From Eledone cirrhosa (Eukaryota): 64,000 bases of DNA. The translations under genes and the position numbers were made by a program. Location of the stretch: NCBI GenBank assembly GCA_964016885.1, contig OZ024740.1:301506001-301570000 (forward strand), in the 5' to 3' direction. Shown in pieces: positions 40,601 through 55,250 of the stretch (position 1 is the stretch's first letter; each line of letters opens with the position of its first letter). A model generated the notes under the pieces. The model was not told where the DNA came from. It did no database searches and was given only the letters and a program-made list of their open reading frames with translations.

Positions 40601-42669
40601 CGTTTTAGTTCAGATTTTCTAGAATTTGTTTTTTCATAGTTCAGAGGTTGTTATTACATTTAATGAAAGGGAGAATCGAAGGTAGCCTCAACCCTAATAC
40701 CTACTTGGAAGTAACGCAACAGGCAAAATACACAGAAAAGTCAGGCGGATGGGTTAAATCGGACGAAAGACTGAGTTTACATTGTAAGTAGATAAACAAT
40801 GTGATTTCATATCAGAAGCAAAGTGTCGGAATAATATCCACATGGTATTTCTTCAGGTCTCTAACGTTTCCACTGCTTCAATGTGCTGGACGATGTTGAC
40901 TTCGAAGAAACTGGAATCCATTGATGTGATGTGCATAATTGTTTACGCAATCGTGTCACATCATACGAAATCCAAAGTCCTAAAAATATCTGGGATTTTA
41001 TTCGTATAGATTTGTTCTATGAAAGTTGCTTATATGCATTCATTCGGTGAAATCTTCCATTGTTATAATCTACTTTTATTTTGTTAAATACGAAATTTAC
41101 TTTTCGTCTTCAAACCACAATAGTAACGGACAGATATCTCTTTTTTCAACATTCATACTATTAGTTTCTGTTCAGAAAATTAAAATTAAATGTATGCCCG
41201 ATGTAACATGAGGCCTAATCGATGCTATATCTCGAGAACATTATGCTTTCTTTCTTTTTCATATGCATAAATTAAAAAATCTACATTAGCTATTGAAACA
41301 ATATGTAGATTTTATATTTGCCAATCGATGTCGGCTGTTTGATTTGACAAAATGGGTAATGAAGCGTATTGAACTGAATGAGGTTTTTCCATTATTGAAG
41401 TGAAGAAATTACATTCTTCCCCAATAAACACAGGGCCGCTCTTTCTCACATGTGTTAAGGGAGATCTTATCATACATCACAGTCTCTTAGATCGCCGGTG
41501 CGCAAACATTTCATAGAAGCGAAAAAGAAAATTAAATATCCTGAAAAATTAACATTTAAGTGCTTTAGTTAAATTGTGTCGGCTTTTATAAGCGATTTAT
41601 ATGGCACAACACTGTAAATAATTATTTACAAAAATTACTATACATGAGGATTATTTTTATTATTGCATTTTCCTCTTTTTATTATTGTTAGAGAAAAAGA
41701 TGCATACTGTGACAATACATTGATTGAAGTACGTTTTCAATTATACATGTCAATGTATATCTATTTCTTGAAGTAAGTAAAACCAATTATGAAAATATGA
41801 CAGCTATTAATAAAACTATAGCGCTAGAAGAGTGATATCGAATCAGTAGAGTATAATAAATGCGATGCGATATTAATGTGACAGACATCAGTAGATTGGT
41901 TAATTGTACACTAAGTTATAGAAGAGAAATATGCCGTCAAACATTCACAAAAACTTAGATGTTGTCTCACGTTAGGTCAAGCAATTATAATATTGTGTTA
42001 AATATAGTTTTACAGGGAAATAAATTACAAGCGGAATTTGATTGCTAGACATTCAACTATCCATTGGAGAATTTACTTGAAGAGAAGCTAATTGCTATGG
42101 TAAATATAATTCATTACTTTCAAAACGTTAAAATAACTGACAATAGAATAGAAGTTTACAAAAATCACAAATCATGTACACTTTGACTAATTCTTGTGGA
42201 TTTTCGCATATGACGAATTCTGCCTTATACTTAACATTCGTCGAGAATCTGGTCAAGAACGGAAATGTCTACAAACAAATAAAAATGAAGCTTCTGATTC
42301 TCGTGACACATATATAACTAAGGTCCATAATTGAACCTATTTCAAACAATCTCTGTATTTAACCTATTTAAGCTTATGACAAATAGATGGTGCACTCAGG
42401 TTGAGATTATTGTTAACTTACCAGATCGTTATTAGAGGAATACTGACTGAACACGTTTGAATGACACGATTACGTTGTAGCACTGACTGTATGTATGTAT
42501 TTATGGACTCGTCAATCCCGAGGGATAGTAGGGGCGCCCTATTGTCATTCAGAGTTTCTAGGGCAATTCTAACTCTCGTCTGAATTCAACATATTTCTTT
42601 CAGAGAAGAATAGGAAGAGAGAAAATAAGTGGGAAAGAGATATAGAGGAGAAATCCCTTCCAGTAATAG

Positions 42670-42790
42670 ACTAGTATATTTTTATCGACATTAAATAGAT
42701 GAGAGGTAAATTTCACCTCGGCAGACCCAATGAGTGTCAGACCCAATACCACAAAGAAATCTATCCGATCTTCTTATGCCAATTTGCAGC
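42670..42790 (-). mobile_element. highly decayed SINE family S
   Basis: ttttatcgac...gatgagaggtaaatttcacctcggc. Confidence 0.45.
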
Positions 42791-43708
42791 TTTCACGTAG
42801 TTTTAGTTACGCCTAAATCCATACGATTACTACTTAGCTATATAATATCTACTGTGTATTTTAATTCTTCAAATGGTTGTAATACTACGCTTCCGAACTC
42901 GTAATTACATTTTACTACATGAATCATTAATTTTCTTATTTTCAAAATGAGATAAAAATATTACTACTGATTTTTGAATTATTAAGTGATGTGTAGGTAA
43001 TATTGTTACTCTCTGACCCGTGTGTACATTATAAATTGATGTCTATTAGGTTGAGAGAAATTCTTCTTAGTTTGAATGAAACAATTGAATTGTTAGATGT
43101 CACCTTTTCTAGGTACTGATGATGTCAAATGAATTCATTCATAAATAAGTTCATGCAGTTGCTTAAGGTATATGATTTTATCACTAATATTATAGTAATG
43201 GATTTAAAAATAAAGCTAAATATTTAAAATGTCAAGTGGTCGTTTCGAAATGTCAACTGGTATTATGACGTTTCAAGCATTCAGCAAACACATAAAACAG
43301 TAGAAATATTCTTTCTTTTCCTAATCAACATAACTGCATTCCTTCAATTTCTATTGATAGAAATGAATTATACATCTTGCCAACAGTGTGGAATATGATG
43401 GGGTAACGAAATTCATTAAGACCAAACATATCCTTTGCATATACGAGATGGTATTAAATGTATATATACGCCTTGTTGTTGGATACCTAACAGTATTTAT
43501 TACTCTAATTAGTCCTATGTTTAGACTGTCAGTAAACATCAATTTCACAACTTATTATAGTGCGGGAGTGGAATTAATTGGAAATATGGAGCATTTGACA
43601 AAAGCGATACTACTGTTATTTACGTTCTGCGACTATATGCCTTTCTGGTCAATTTGTTGTATTCTTAATACGTAACTCGATTTACTATCACATTAATTAT
43701 TTTAACAG

Positions 43709-43890
43709 GAAGCCTACTCTGTTTTCAGTATATTCTTCATTTGTACTATTTTCGGAGGCTTTGGGAAATGTTTTGAGCACTGCCACCTGTACAATCATGG
43801 TTTATGCAGAAAAAAAAAACATTATTTTTTGTTTGCCTATCCTATCATTCTTCAATGGAGTCTTCAGTTCAATGTGTGAGGGAATGGTTG
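43709..43890 (+). CDS. candidate coding exon of an unknown, possibly membrane, protein
   Basis: tattttaacAG acceptor, GTAAGT donor, 182 nt open in one frame (KPTLFSVYSSFVLFSEALGNVLSTATCTIMVYAEKKNIIFCLPILSFFNGVFSSMCEGMV); no recognised homology. Confidence 0.2.
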
Positions 43891-43904
43891 GTAAGTGATG
43901 AAAT

Positions 43905-44085
43905 ACATGTTTCCACTTTAGGCACAAATCTAGCAATTTGAAGGGAGGGTCGATTAAATCGACCACAAATCATTACTGGTGAATTATTTTATCGGCTTCG
44001 TGGGGCTGACAGGAAAGCTAACTTCGGGGTGGGGATTTGAACTCATAACGTAAAGAGACGTAACTCTATGTCTCGAAGAATGGTC
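43905..44085 (-). mobile_element. diverged SINE family S
   Basis: tttccactttaggcacaa...ttttatcggc...gggatttgaactcataacgtaaagagacgtaac. Confidence 0.7.
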
Positions 44086-47000
44086 AATGGCGATCTATTG
44101 TTATTTCAAATATTGCGTTATTATTTTATTTATTATCGTTTAAACAGCTGCATTTACCGGCTTGTCATTTAAAGCCCAATAATTCTACAGGATAGTTTTA
44201 ACATCTCTAATGAGCAAAGATATACCGCAGTTTCAGGAACATTTAGAGAAAATCGTATTTAAAATGTTTGTAAACAATGATCTACTGCAATACGTCCCTC
44301 AGTCACATTGCTGATATTGTAATTCTCACTACATTGGCCCTATATTTACAAATACTTATCACCCATTGGAATTATTTATTTCACTTGTAACCTTTGACAT
44401 GTTAAACACTCGGATATGGATGTCTGACTGCTAGTTACATAGATAATTACATGCAGCTGAACATTTAGAACATCCTGTACTATATATATTAGATAATACC
44501 GTAGATGTAATATACCACTAGCAACGATCCACTGATTTCCTATGTGTAGATCACTTGATCGTGAGTAAAATACTTCAGAGAAATAGATAACTTTATGTCC
44601 ACAATAAAATGATTATATATTTAATATATATAAAGACGTTTGTCTAATTGAAACCAAACAACAGTGACAGTGAAATGAAGTTAACTACGAATTATGATAC
44701 TCCCGATCTGTCTTTGTTTTTTTTTTAAATTCTTTTTTCATGCAAAATCAGGCTTACTATACTAGCATATATGATTCCAAACGGCTTGATTGAAATTCAG
44801 AGCAATGTTTTATCTAATGATTCAGATTTTTAGTCCTATTCAAAGCATTCTCAACGTTATGCATATAAAAATCAATATACCTGTAAAAATCGATTCACAC
44901 TGACAATATGAAGAAACTGTTTATTTCTCAAGAGATCCCTTCGTTACATTCTATATTAAAATTGTATACCCATGATTTCCATGATTGTATGAGACACGTA
45001 AATTCCAGATCAATAGATGTTATGGTTTATGCACTTTACTATACGATAAATCTAAAGCATCTCAGCCAGAAGCCATTCATTATCAATCGGTTCATTGGAT
45101 GCATAATAAATCACTGATCATACATGGATTGATGCATTAGGCTGCGTTGATATGAAACAGTAAAGATATTTCGGTGGAAGGTAACTATGGTCATGGGTAA
45201 GTTGGAGCTCTCAGAACATGGGCTTTTCCAGCTAACCTTCTGATTTGATATTTAAATGCTCTAGCAATCCGGAAAGTGATAAATCTAAGCCAGCTTTGCG
45301 CTGTGATCTATTTAATTTTTCATTAGAGTTAACAAATAACTTCCTAATAGTTAAACAGAAACACCGGTAATCGGTGTCACGTGTCGGCTAATAGATGATT
45401 AATTGATGGCGTAATTAACATATGAATTCACTAGTAATTTCGTTATATAAATCGGGGTAATGTTTCAACACGTTTCCTTTTACCAGGTTCGCAAAAACAC
45501 AAGGTTGCACCGCTGTCATTCATATTGTGCAGCTGTTTAAGAAGTCTTAAAATACATTGCTAATATTTCCCAGCGAATTAAGATGTTTAAGTTAATTGCC
45601 TCTTTTACGTCTACTACACCTCCTCCTCCTCCTCCTCCTCATCATCATCATCATCATCCTAGTCCTCCTACTCATACTACTACTACTACTACTACTACTA
45701 CAAACGGTGACGATGATGTTGACAACGATAGAACGACGGCACTGATGTCTAAATTATTGTGTAGATAATAAATAAAAGTCATTGATTTGAATAGGCGCAC
45801 ATTATTGAGTATAGCCGACTATTTTGACGCAATTGAGAAAGAGTTTATACAATACTCTGTAAAGGTAAAACACCAGAGAGGAATACCATATAATCATGTC
45901 ATCTTTGTAAATTTGATGAAAATTCGCCAAACCATTACTAACAAAATCTCCCCAAGAAAGTGCTGAATATGTTATTGGAAGCTTTCATAGTTAATTACAG
46001 GAATATAAAATAACAATTAGTAGATTAACATTATAATCGTAATGCCAAGATACATATTTGCGTTAATAAAAATTAATCCCAGCCTGGAAAAGAGAGGAAC
46101 ACAAATCTTTCCATCAACAAATATTATATGGAGATGAGCATTTGTGGTTGAATTCGGTGTTTAGCATTAAATGTGAAAACAGGACAATTGTTCGGTCTTA
46201 TTAAACTACAATTGTTAGGTTTCCCCATACATATTGACTAAGGCCATACATGTACGGCTTACATCTATCTTTTTTCCGTCACAATAATTGATTCATTAAC
46301 CAAAACATTATAAATATATTGAAAATATTTCCCATTATGTACAGTATAAACATATATGTAAGTGCACGTTACCTATTAGTGAGGTGCGCTGAAAATATGA
46401 TATTATCAATTCATAAAATTACCGTAATAAGAAAGAATGTCATTAGTAATAATGAATATTGGGGTAGAAAACGGGTTAGGTAAGTAAAATTAAAACTAAC
46501 CTAGATCCATTCAATCGCTATAAAAATAATTGCATAAAAGAAAACGTTACGTAGCTAATTAGAGAAGATGGCTCACTGTAATGTAGTCATTACCACACAC
46601 AATTTTTAAATTACAAATATTAAGTACGCATTACAACCGTATTCTTGTTTTAATCCTTTCTTTTCCGTCAAAAAGCATAACGTTTTAATTCGTTAATACC
46701 CTCATTTTAGCAATTAATTTGTCTGCAAAGTATTATTCTAATATTCTAAGAAATGATATATGTCAGTTGTCACAAAATGTTTTCACCTCAATGTTAAAAT
46801 TAAAGTTTATAGTAATGCCACCGTATCCCTGCGTGATAAAAGGTCCCATTTTCATTCTAGTCTATGATAATATAAGTCATAGATTATATAAGGAATATAA
46901 TGTTTTAGTTGTATATATAACAAACCAAAACATTAGCTAATTCTATGTATCATGACGTTAACTGTTCGAAATATATTCATTTAATCATAATAACACCATT

Positions 47001-47899
47001 GAGAACTTTTGACAGTTAATCAATTTATCTGTTAAATTGTCAAATAGAAATATCTCAAGTACAGTAAAATGTCAATATAACGTAGGTAAATTTACCAAGA
47101 TAAAAATAGATTGCTAATCATGATTATATATTACATACACTTATCTAATAAATTTGCAACTCCAAAATATAGTGTAGATGCGGATACTGTTAATTTTTAT
47201 AGCAATATCGAAGTACGAATGAATAGGTTAGCTTTTGACACTCGCTTTAGCTTTAAAATAGATCTCCTTAGACAAAAAATATTCTGTTTGAAAAGGATAC
47301 GAATTCGATGTCTCATTTAATCATAGATTTTCACAAATCAGCCCGAATTAGGTTTAAGTATAAGCATTAAGAATATCTATATTAGAATTCTAATATTTGT
47401 AACGTCAGCATACATTGAAGTTAGAAATGGCTCTCTTTTTCCTATCGCCTCTACAATCGTGTCACAATCTGAGTAAATATGATTATGATTAGAGATGATA
47501 TAAATATATCACTTTGTAGAGAAACTATTGAATAAAATTCTATTTGAAATACAAAACAAATATTGAAATGTACTCGCTAGTTTGTGGAAAACTGTCGAAA
47601 TATGAAGTGTCAAAGTTAGTCAATCTATTCTGTCACACTATATTTGAGGAAACACTATTGTTGACTAACCTGCACCCAGCAATTCTCTCTTGAATGAAAC
47701 AATTCTTTGAGTTAGTAGATGAACACGCCCATATACACGCACATATAGAGAGAGACAGAGATGCACATACAAAGATACACATCGAACAAAATTAGCACTG
47801 CTCCATCAAACACAGAAACACGAAGACACAAACACAAATAGAATATAAATATAACAGCACGCACACTCAAAACATTGACGTCATCCAAAAATGCATAAC

Positions 47900-48245
47900 A
47901 TTATCAATGTCAGATTGGAGTACTCTGCAGCCATCTCAGCATAACATTCCGAATCACGAACTACTTCACCACCCAGCACACACATCCTGATAAATAAATT
48001 CTTCGACATTCCAATATCTTCTTTCTTTTGTATTTAATCCTCCTGCTGAAGGAATAACCTCCGAAACTTTGAGGCATTCGTTTCCAATTTTAAAAACGTT
48101 GATACTCATTGTGTATTTCTATTTCTGTGGTTGTCTTCTGCAAACAGGACGCAGCCAAGAGATACCACCCGACCCCAGACATAGAACCTAACACACTCTC
48201 CCTTTACCCTTCCCTTTATCTGTAACCATATAGTGCTGTCTCTTT
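47900..48245 (+). mobile_element. PLE pseudo-LTR-like fragment with variant HHR
   Basis: cctc-CTGCTGA-a-GGA(ataacc)TCC-GAAAC-TTT^gagg at ~48039-48074. Confidence 0.5.
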
Positions 48246-48635
48246 GTAAATATTTCCATCAATATTTGCAATGCTTTTTATGCAACTGCGAAAAAGTAAA
48301 CACTTATTGCATCTTGAACTAGATATGTGTATACCATTTTAGTATACGTAAGTAAGACTTGTGATTGTGTTCTGTCGTTATTATAAGATGGGGTCAGGTG
48401 TGATTCCGCATATTCAAAGAAGGCTTCTGTTTATAATAGCTATTATGGACGATATATCCAGTAATAAACCACTGGTGGGAGAACACCCCATAGGTAAAAT
48501 TGGTAAACCTTAAAATATATATATATATAAATATACGTAGACATAATCATTTCCAAGGGCTTTTTTCCTAAATTGCTTGACTATATGCCACACCCAGAAA
48601 CCTGCGTTGTAGCCATTTATCTTTCCGTTGCCTTC

Positions 48636-48683
<48 letters not shown>

Positions 48684-48961
48684 CAAGAAAGAAGTGTGAC
48701 ATGGTTTTGCTATACAATAAGGGCTTTATTCACATTGTATAGCAAACCATGTTACTCTTCTTTCTTGATTTATTATTACTCCAAGCGTAAACTACATAGA
48801 AATCACCGCGTACTCGCAGCATCACTATGGAAAAGTCTTGTTGAGTCAAACTTAGCCAAGCATTAATACTACCCGCTGCTCGGAGTACTCTAACTGGACT
48901 GCATCTAAGTGGACTCCTACAACAATAATTTGTTATCCCGTATATATATATATATATATAT

Positions 48962-49145
48962 ATAAGCTTTCACCGTAGTTTTTACTAAAGGAATTTTAGC
49001 ATGATATTGCGGTTTAGAATCCTCTAAGGAATGAAAAAAGGTGAGTATTATTTTTAGAGGGTTCTATACAGCATTATCAGGCTAAAATTTCTTTAGACAA
49101 AAAGTAAGGCGAAAGCTTCTATTTCTAGTCTCAAAATCGCTTGCC
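48962..49145. mobile_element. diverged fold-back element next to (TA)n
   Basis: arms ~48964-49027 / ~49053-49118, ending GAAAGCTT. Confidence 0.55.
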
Positions 49146-49159
49146 ATTTCCTAACATAC

Positions 49160-49498
<339 letters not shown>

Positions 49499-50346
49499 TA
49501 TATATATATATGTATATGGGTGTGTGTCTGTGTGTGTGTATGTGTGTGTGTGTCTGTGTGTGACGATCATTTAAATGTACATTAAATGCATTTTTGAATG
49601 TATGCTCTGTGAATAATGTATCTATACATTGAGTTGACCGTGAACGTTGGATCATGTTCAGATGCTCTACATCCTTCGCTCCAACACTTTATTAAATCGC
49701 ATGGAGCTGAAACCTCAACCTGCCTAACGTATACCTGTTTTATCAACTTTCCTGGACTTCAAGTAATTCTTGCATTCATACGTAAACGCTTCTGTAGATA
49801 TCCTTTCCGCAACGGCTGGTGTTTTAGCCTTCTCATTAATATTCCATATCATTTATATTTATTATATTTATTCGTGTCAATTAATCCGCTAGTATCAGGT
49901 TTCTCCCTTGTGTACCCGCGGAGAATTTGATAGATATTGTCACCATTTCTATTTTGTCATGGTAACTCAACAAAATGTTCTATTTTGATATTCCTTTGTT
50001 TTTATCATATATGTTTTCGTAGAATTACAATATATATATAAGTACTGCTCACACGCATATATATATTTCTTTTATATCTAAATATCATATTATATTGTGT
50101 GAAATCTTTCAGCATTACGGTTAAATTGTTCAGCAGTAATTTCATTGTTTCATAGATTTCATATTGCACAGGATTTACATATTCTATATCTATATTCTGT
50201 GAATCTTTATTGAATTTTCCTTACTTAAAAGTTATTTAAACTTTAGAATTATGATAATCACATATGTTATCGTGATTTTATGTATCTAAACTCCCATAAA
50301 ATATAGCAGACACAGCCATGCTGTAATGATATTTATATATAGTAAG

Positions 50347-50559
<213 letters not shown>

Positions 50560-53500
50560 GATATTACGCATTTTTTCTTGATGTAGCTGACTGAAACCAA
50601 ATATGTAACATAGTTACCAATATATTATTAGACAGACAACCCATTCAATATCTATAATACTGTTGAAAATATAGTTTGATGCTCTGAAACAAATCTGTGA
50701 CTCGCATTTTAGTGCTCTTTAACGGTTGATGGAGTGCCAATTGAATCATTATTTGCAAATGTCTATCAGTAAGTATTTATTTCCTTATGAAATGTTGTTA
50801 TCTTTATCGTCCTTGAAGCAATTATCAATGAGCCAGCCATGTTCAATTCAGGAAAGCCATATTTATTTATTTTAAGAATAGTATTACTGTCTGTGGCATT
50901 AACATTTTCTATGTTTCAGTAAATATATTTTTGATTTAATTATCATAAATAAATATCCAAGAAGAATATCAAACGTATTGATGTCTAATTTACATTTCAT
51001 TTGTACAGTTGTATAAAGTACCATTATTACATGCACTATATTACAATCTCAATTATAGCTAACGGGAATTAGAAGTAAGAATACTTACACCATATAAAGT
51101 TTCCAATTGATATGAAACAAAATGTTCATCTTCAGCCCATCATTAGCGATATTTCTGGTATATCACATCTAATTTATTTCAAGAGCACGTTTTTGTGTTC
51201 AGGGTTTGTAACCCAATATTTTAAGTGATGTAACATTCCGAGTAGTAATCACCTTACATTTTAGAATGTGGTAAATGTAAACAACGGATATAGTATTTCA
51301 ACCATTAGAAAACGTGTCGTATATACTTCATACTGGCATGAAGTTCTGATAATTGAAATATGTGTGCAATATGTAGATCCATCGTCTGATTAATTATATA
51401 ATTTATCACCAAGCCATAGAATTAAATAAATTCATGTTATAGTACATAACTACGTATCTATAAACATGACACATGTCAACAGTAAGAGATTTGTCGGAGC
51501 TGAACTTTTTACGTAATGAAATTTGTTACAGGAGTAATATAATCTATCATATATGTATTTAAATGTCTTCTTATAATTCTATGCATGGAATTTCAATCAA
51601 CTTTATATATAACACTGATTCTCATGAAACATATCATAGGAATATATATGTATTATTTCACTTATTCTTCTAAACGATTCTCGGTTGTTTTATTTTCCTT
51701 TTAATCACGCCAATTTTTATGACCAAAAATATTGTATTTCCTTTCAATTTATTCACCAAGGTTTACTGACCTCGTCTACGTTAGCGTTTTGTTACATATA
51801 ATTCTCTTCTTCTAGAAACATCTGAAAACAAATTTGAACGTCAGACATGGAACGGAAACATTGGATTAGGCTTATGTTTGAACAACACCGACTGACATAT
51901 TTCAACTTCAACGGGTACCCAACTAAACAGCATTTCTGTAAGTTTCAATCACAACATTTTCAAGCAGGTAAATGCCGTTCTAGGCATGTGGTGGACGTTA
52001 TTGTACTCTACACTATGTCGTTCTGCCTTAATGGCAGCCGCTTCCTTCTGCTTACTAGGCTCAACCGAAATCGTTACATGTGACGTCGATACAGTCACAC
52101 CACAACTAGAATTGCTGCGACTAGACTGAGAGAACGATATACGACAAGTGCAGTGGTTATTCGTTTGTAATTTCTGAGTGGCACCCTACCGTAAAAGTGT
52201 CGGAATTAGGCACCATCTGATGATAAATGTCCGCGCTCAGACCGGCTCTTCTACGAAGCCGAGACTTTGGAAGTATTTGACGTCTTGGTTCCCTTAATTA
52301 ACACTCTTGTCACTCACATTAAACGGGATGAAGATAGCTATTCCCAGGATATAACACCGCAGTTTAGTTTGGTGCTTACAGCCAATCCCCATAAACATAT
52401 ACATTCGTCATTCTGTCGACATGAGACATACAGGAACTATGAAATCTTTTGTTGATATTCTATATTTAGTGACCTTTGTTATTGACCGCCTGTTTGAAAA
52501 TATCTAAAATCATTTTTATAATATAACAAATTACAGATATAGGATGAACTATATAACCTACCTTATTATCTTTGCTTTTTTTATATATCATATAAGCAGA
52601 AAGAAGCACAAAATGGATGCCTATCCATTTAATTTACAATTTCTATTGTTGAAATAAATTTAAATAGTCATTTATTCCAAAGCTGCACATTTTCATTGAC
52701 TTGGGATTACGTTGAAAAAAGAAAATCATTTTTCTTTTTTTTTGTAATCAGCAAGATGTATATATTGCGCTGTAAAAGCCCCCGCCAATGTGTTTAAGAA
52801 AAAATAAAATAATATCATAAATGTGAGTGAAAATATCCCTGAAACATCACAATACTAGTGACTAGCTACAATTCAATGATATAAGTAAAATAATAAGTTT
52901 AACTTAAAGTGGAAATTGCCCTAGGAAATTGTTATTGACGTGAAAATAATTCCAAATACTAATGTTTTCATTGCTTTCATAACACAAAAGCGAAACCATA
53001 AACAAATGAAATAACAAATAATAATGTAAACATGAAAAAAAACTACACATAATTATATATATAGTTAAAATAGAAAACATGAAATATTGCATCATTTTTT
53101 CAATCATACATGTGTTCGTATGTGTGTATGTAAGCATTCATGTAAGTAGAAGCATTTGCATGAATATAATGAATATATATATATATACATATGTGTGTGT
53201 GTGTGTGTCTGTGAGTGGTGTGTATATATGTGCCTGTGTGGCTGTGTATTTAGATTTATATGCTTGCGTATATTAAAAGGTATATCTTTTGTTTTTCATA
53301 GAAATACAATATCGATCTTTGGCAGGAAGCTAAGCAACACGGCTGTCAGCAAAGCGGATGGGGAGAAAAAATATGGAAGATTCCAAAGTTGTATTTCTTT
53401 TCTCCTTTCGAAAGACTCGAGACTTGCATCTGATAGGGAAAGTGCATATACAGAAGCCGGTTTAAAAATGGCTGCTGAAAGATGCTAATATACACTGAAA

Positions 53501-53688
53501 TACATCAATAGATTTACGTATACTAAACGCGTATCCTTATGTAGGATATAATTAGTTATCATATTTTATTTAAGGTAGCAGAAAAGAGTTCAAAATACGA
53601 AATAAATAGCATCATTAATGGTGCACAGATACAGACATACATACACACACTGACATACACAAACACACACACACACGCACGCACATAT

Positions 53689-53743
<55 letters not shown>

Positions 53744-53801
53744 AGGGTAAAATGACAGCAGGCTGGACAGGTTATATTCCTTTAAAATATATATATATAT
53801 A

Positions 53802-55069
53802 CTAGCAGAATGGCCCGGCGTTACTCGGGATATGCTCTAGGGTTCTTATATATTTGATATATATTTATCCTTATTGAGCCTCGTGAAATAAATATGTTTA
53901 TTTATATTTTTTTCTTGCGTATGCAAAAATATCTGTAGACGAATATATAATTATATATATATCTATATATCTAAAACAGAGAATGTCTGGCTGTCAGCTC
54001 ACTAAAACTTGAGAACCACCCAACCGATTGTTTTCAAACTTTACACATGTAATACTTATGGTCCTGTGAGTGTTTTGAGCAAAACATATTTCAAATTTTC
54101 AAAGCCCTAGGGACCGCATTAGGCGATTTAGCGATCTCTCTTTATCATTCTTAGTCTTTCTTTTTAGATAGATACATAGATATAATGTTGCCCCCTTATA
54201 ATATCTGTATGTATGTCTGGCTGTCTGAATTACGTCATCATGACGCGATCAGTGTGTGTATATATATGTATCGTAATGCAGACAGCAAGACATATAGCTT
54301 TCCTTCCCCTCTTCCAGCGTCTCTCTCTCCCACCATCCCCCTCTTTTAGTCTGTCTGTTTCTTTCACTCTCACTCTTTCTCTTTAAAACTCACTCACATT
54401 AATACTAAAGGGTTAAGGTATTGTTCTCAAAATAAATAATATTAAATCTATGAGATTTTTATTTAATGTGAGATAAAGCCTTTACCATGAAAATAATATA
54501 GTATATATTGAGTAATGTAAATGCTAAAGGGTTAATTCCATCAGACCATGTGAGAGAGTTTATAATCACTCACGCACACATACACACTCACCCATGCAAA
54601 CGCACACAAACTAACACACACACGCAATAGTTATTCCACTGTCATGTATCTTTGACGCATACAACTCTCAAAAGACGGCGTCTGTCACTCTCTCTCCCGC
54701 TATCCCCCTCTTTTAGTCGGTCTGTTTCTTTCACTCTCACTCTTTCTCTCTGTAACTCGTTCACATTTCTCCCCTCTATCGAAAAACGCTGTGACGAATG
54801 GGGAGAAGGAGGAGGAGGAGTAGAGAGCCACTTCTTCACTTCGCCTCTCCGTTTCTTTCTCTCCCCTCTCACTCCCTCATTATGTACATACACTGGCCAC
54901 TTCACTAATTCGATCCCTAGGTCAGAATGATTTGAATTGTTGGGGGGTCAAAACACTCCCGGGGCCATACGGGTTACATGTGTAAAGTTTGAAAAAGAAC
55001 GATTGGGTACTTCTCGAGTTTTAGGGAAACAGACACACAGACAGACATCCTCTGTTTTATATATATAGA
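53802..55069 (-). mobile_element. non-autonomous Helitron
   Basis: minus strand begins A|TCTATATATATAAAACAGAGGATGTCTGTCTGT and ends CCCGAGTAACGCCGGG hairpin ...CTAG|T; AT target, no TSD. Confidence 0.75.
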
Positions 55070-55117
55070 TAATTGTGTGCGCGTGTGTATGTATATATAT
55101 ATTGAAGAATCCATGCA

Positions 55118-55154
<37 letters not shown>

Positions 55155-55250
55155 GCATTACGTTTCGCTTTTTCTACCCGCCGAAGTGCGATTTTTGCTG
55201 AATTTATATTTGTATTAATCTCCCGAGTCTTACAATTAACTCGTTAATAA

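Noticed and set aside
45583-45768. Pro/His/Thr-rich ORF resembling a transcription factor segment
   Set aside because: It is a compound trinucleotide microsatellite (CCT, CAT, ACT) with no domain or splice support
51770-52400. Possible exon or promoter (splice-like sites, TGACGTC)
   Set aside because: The minus-strand AG/GT block has stops in all three frames; motifs alone are insufficient
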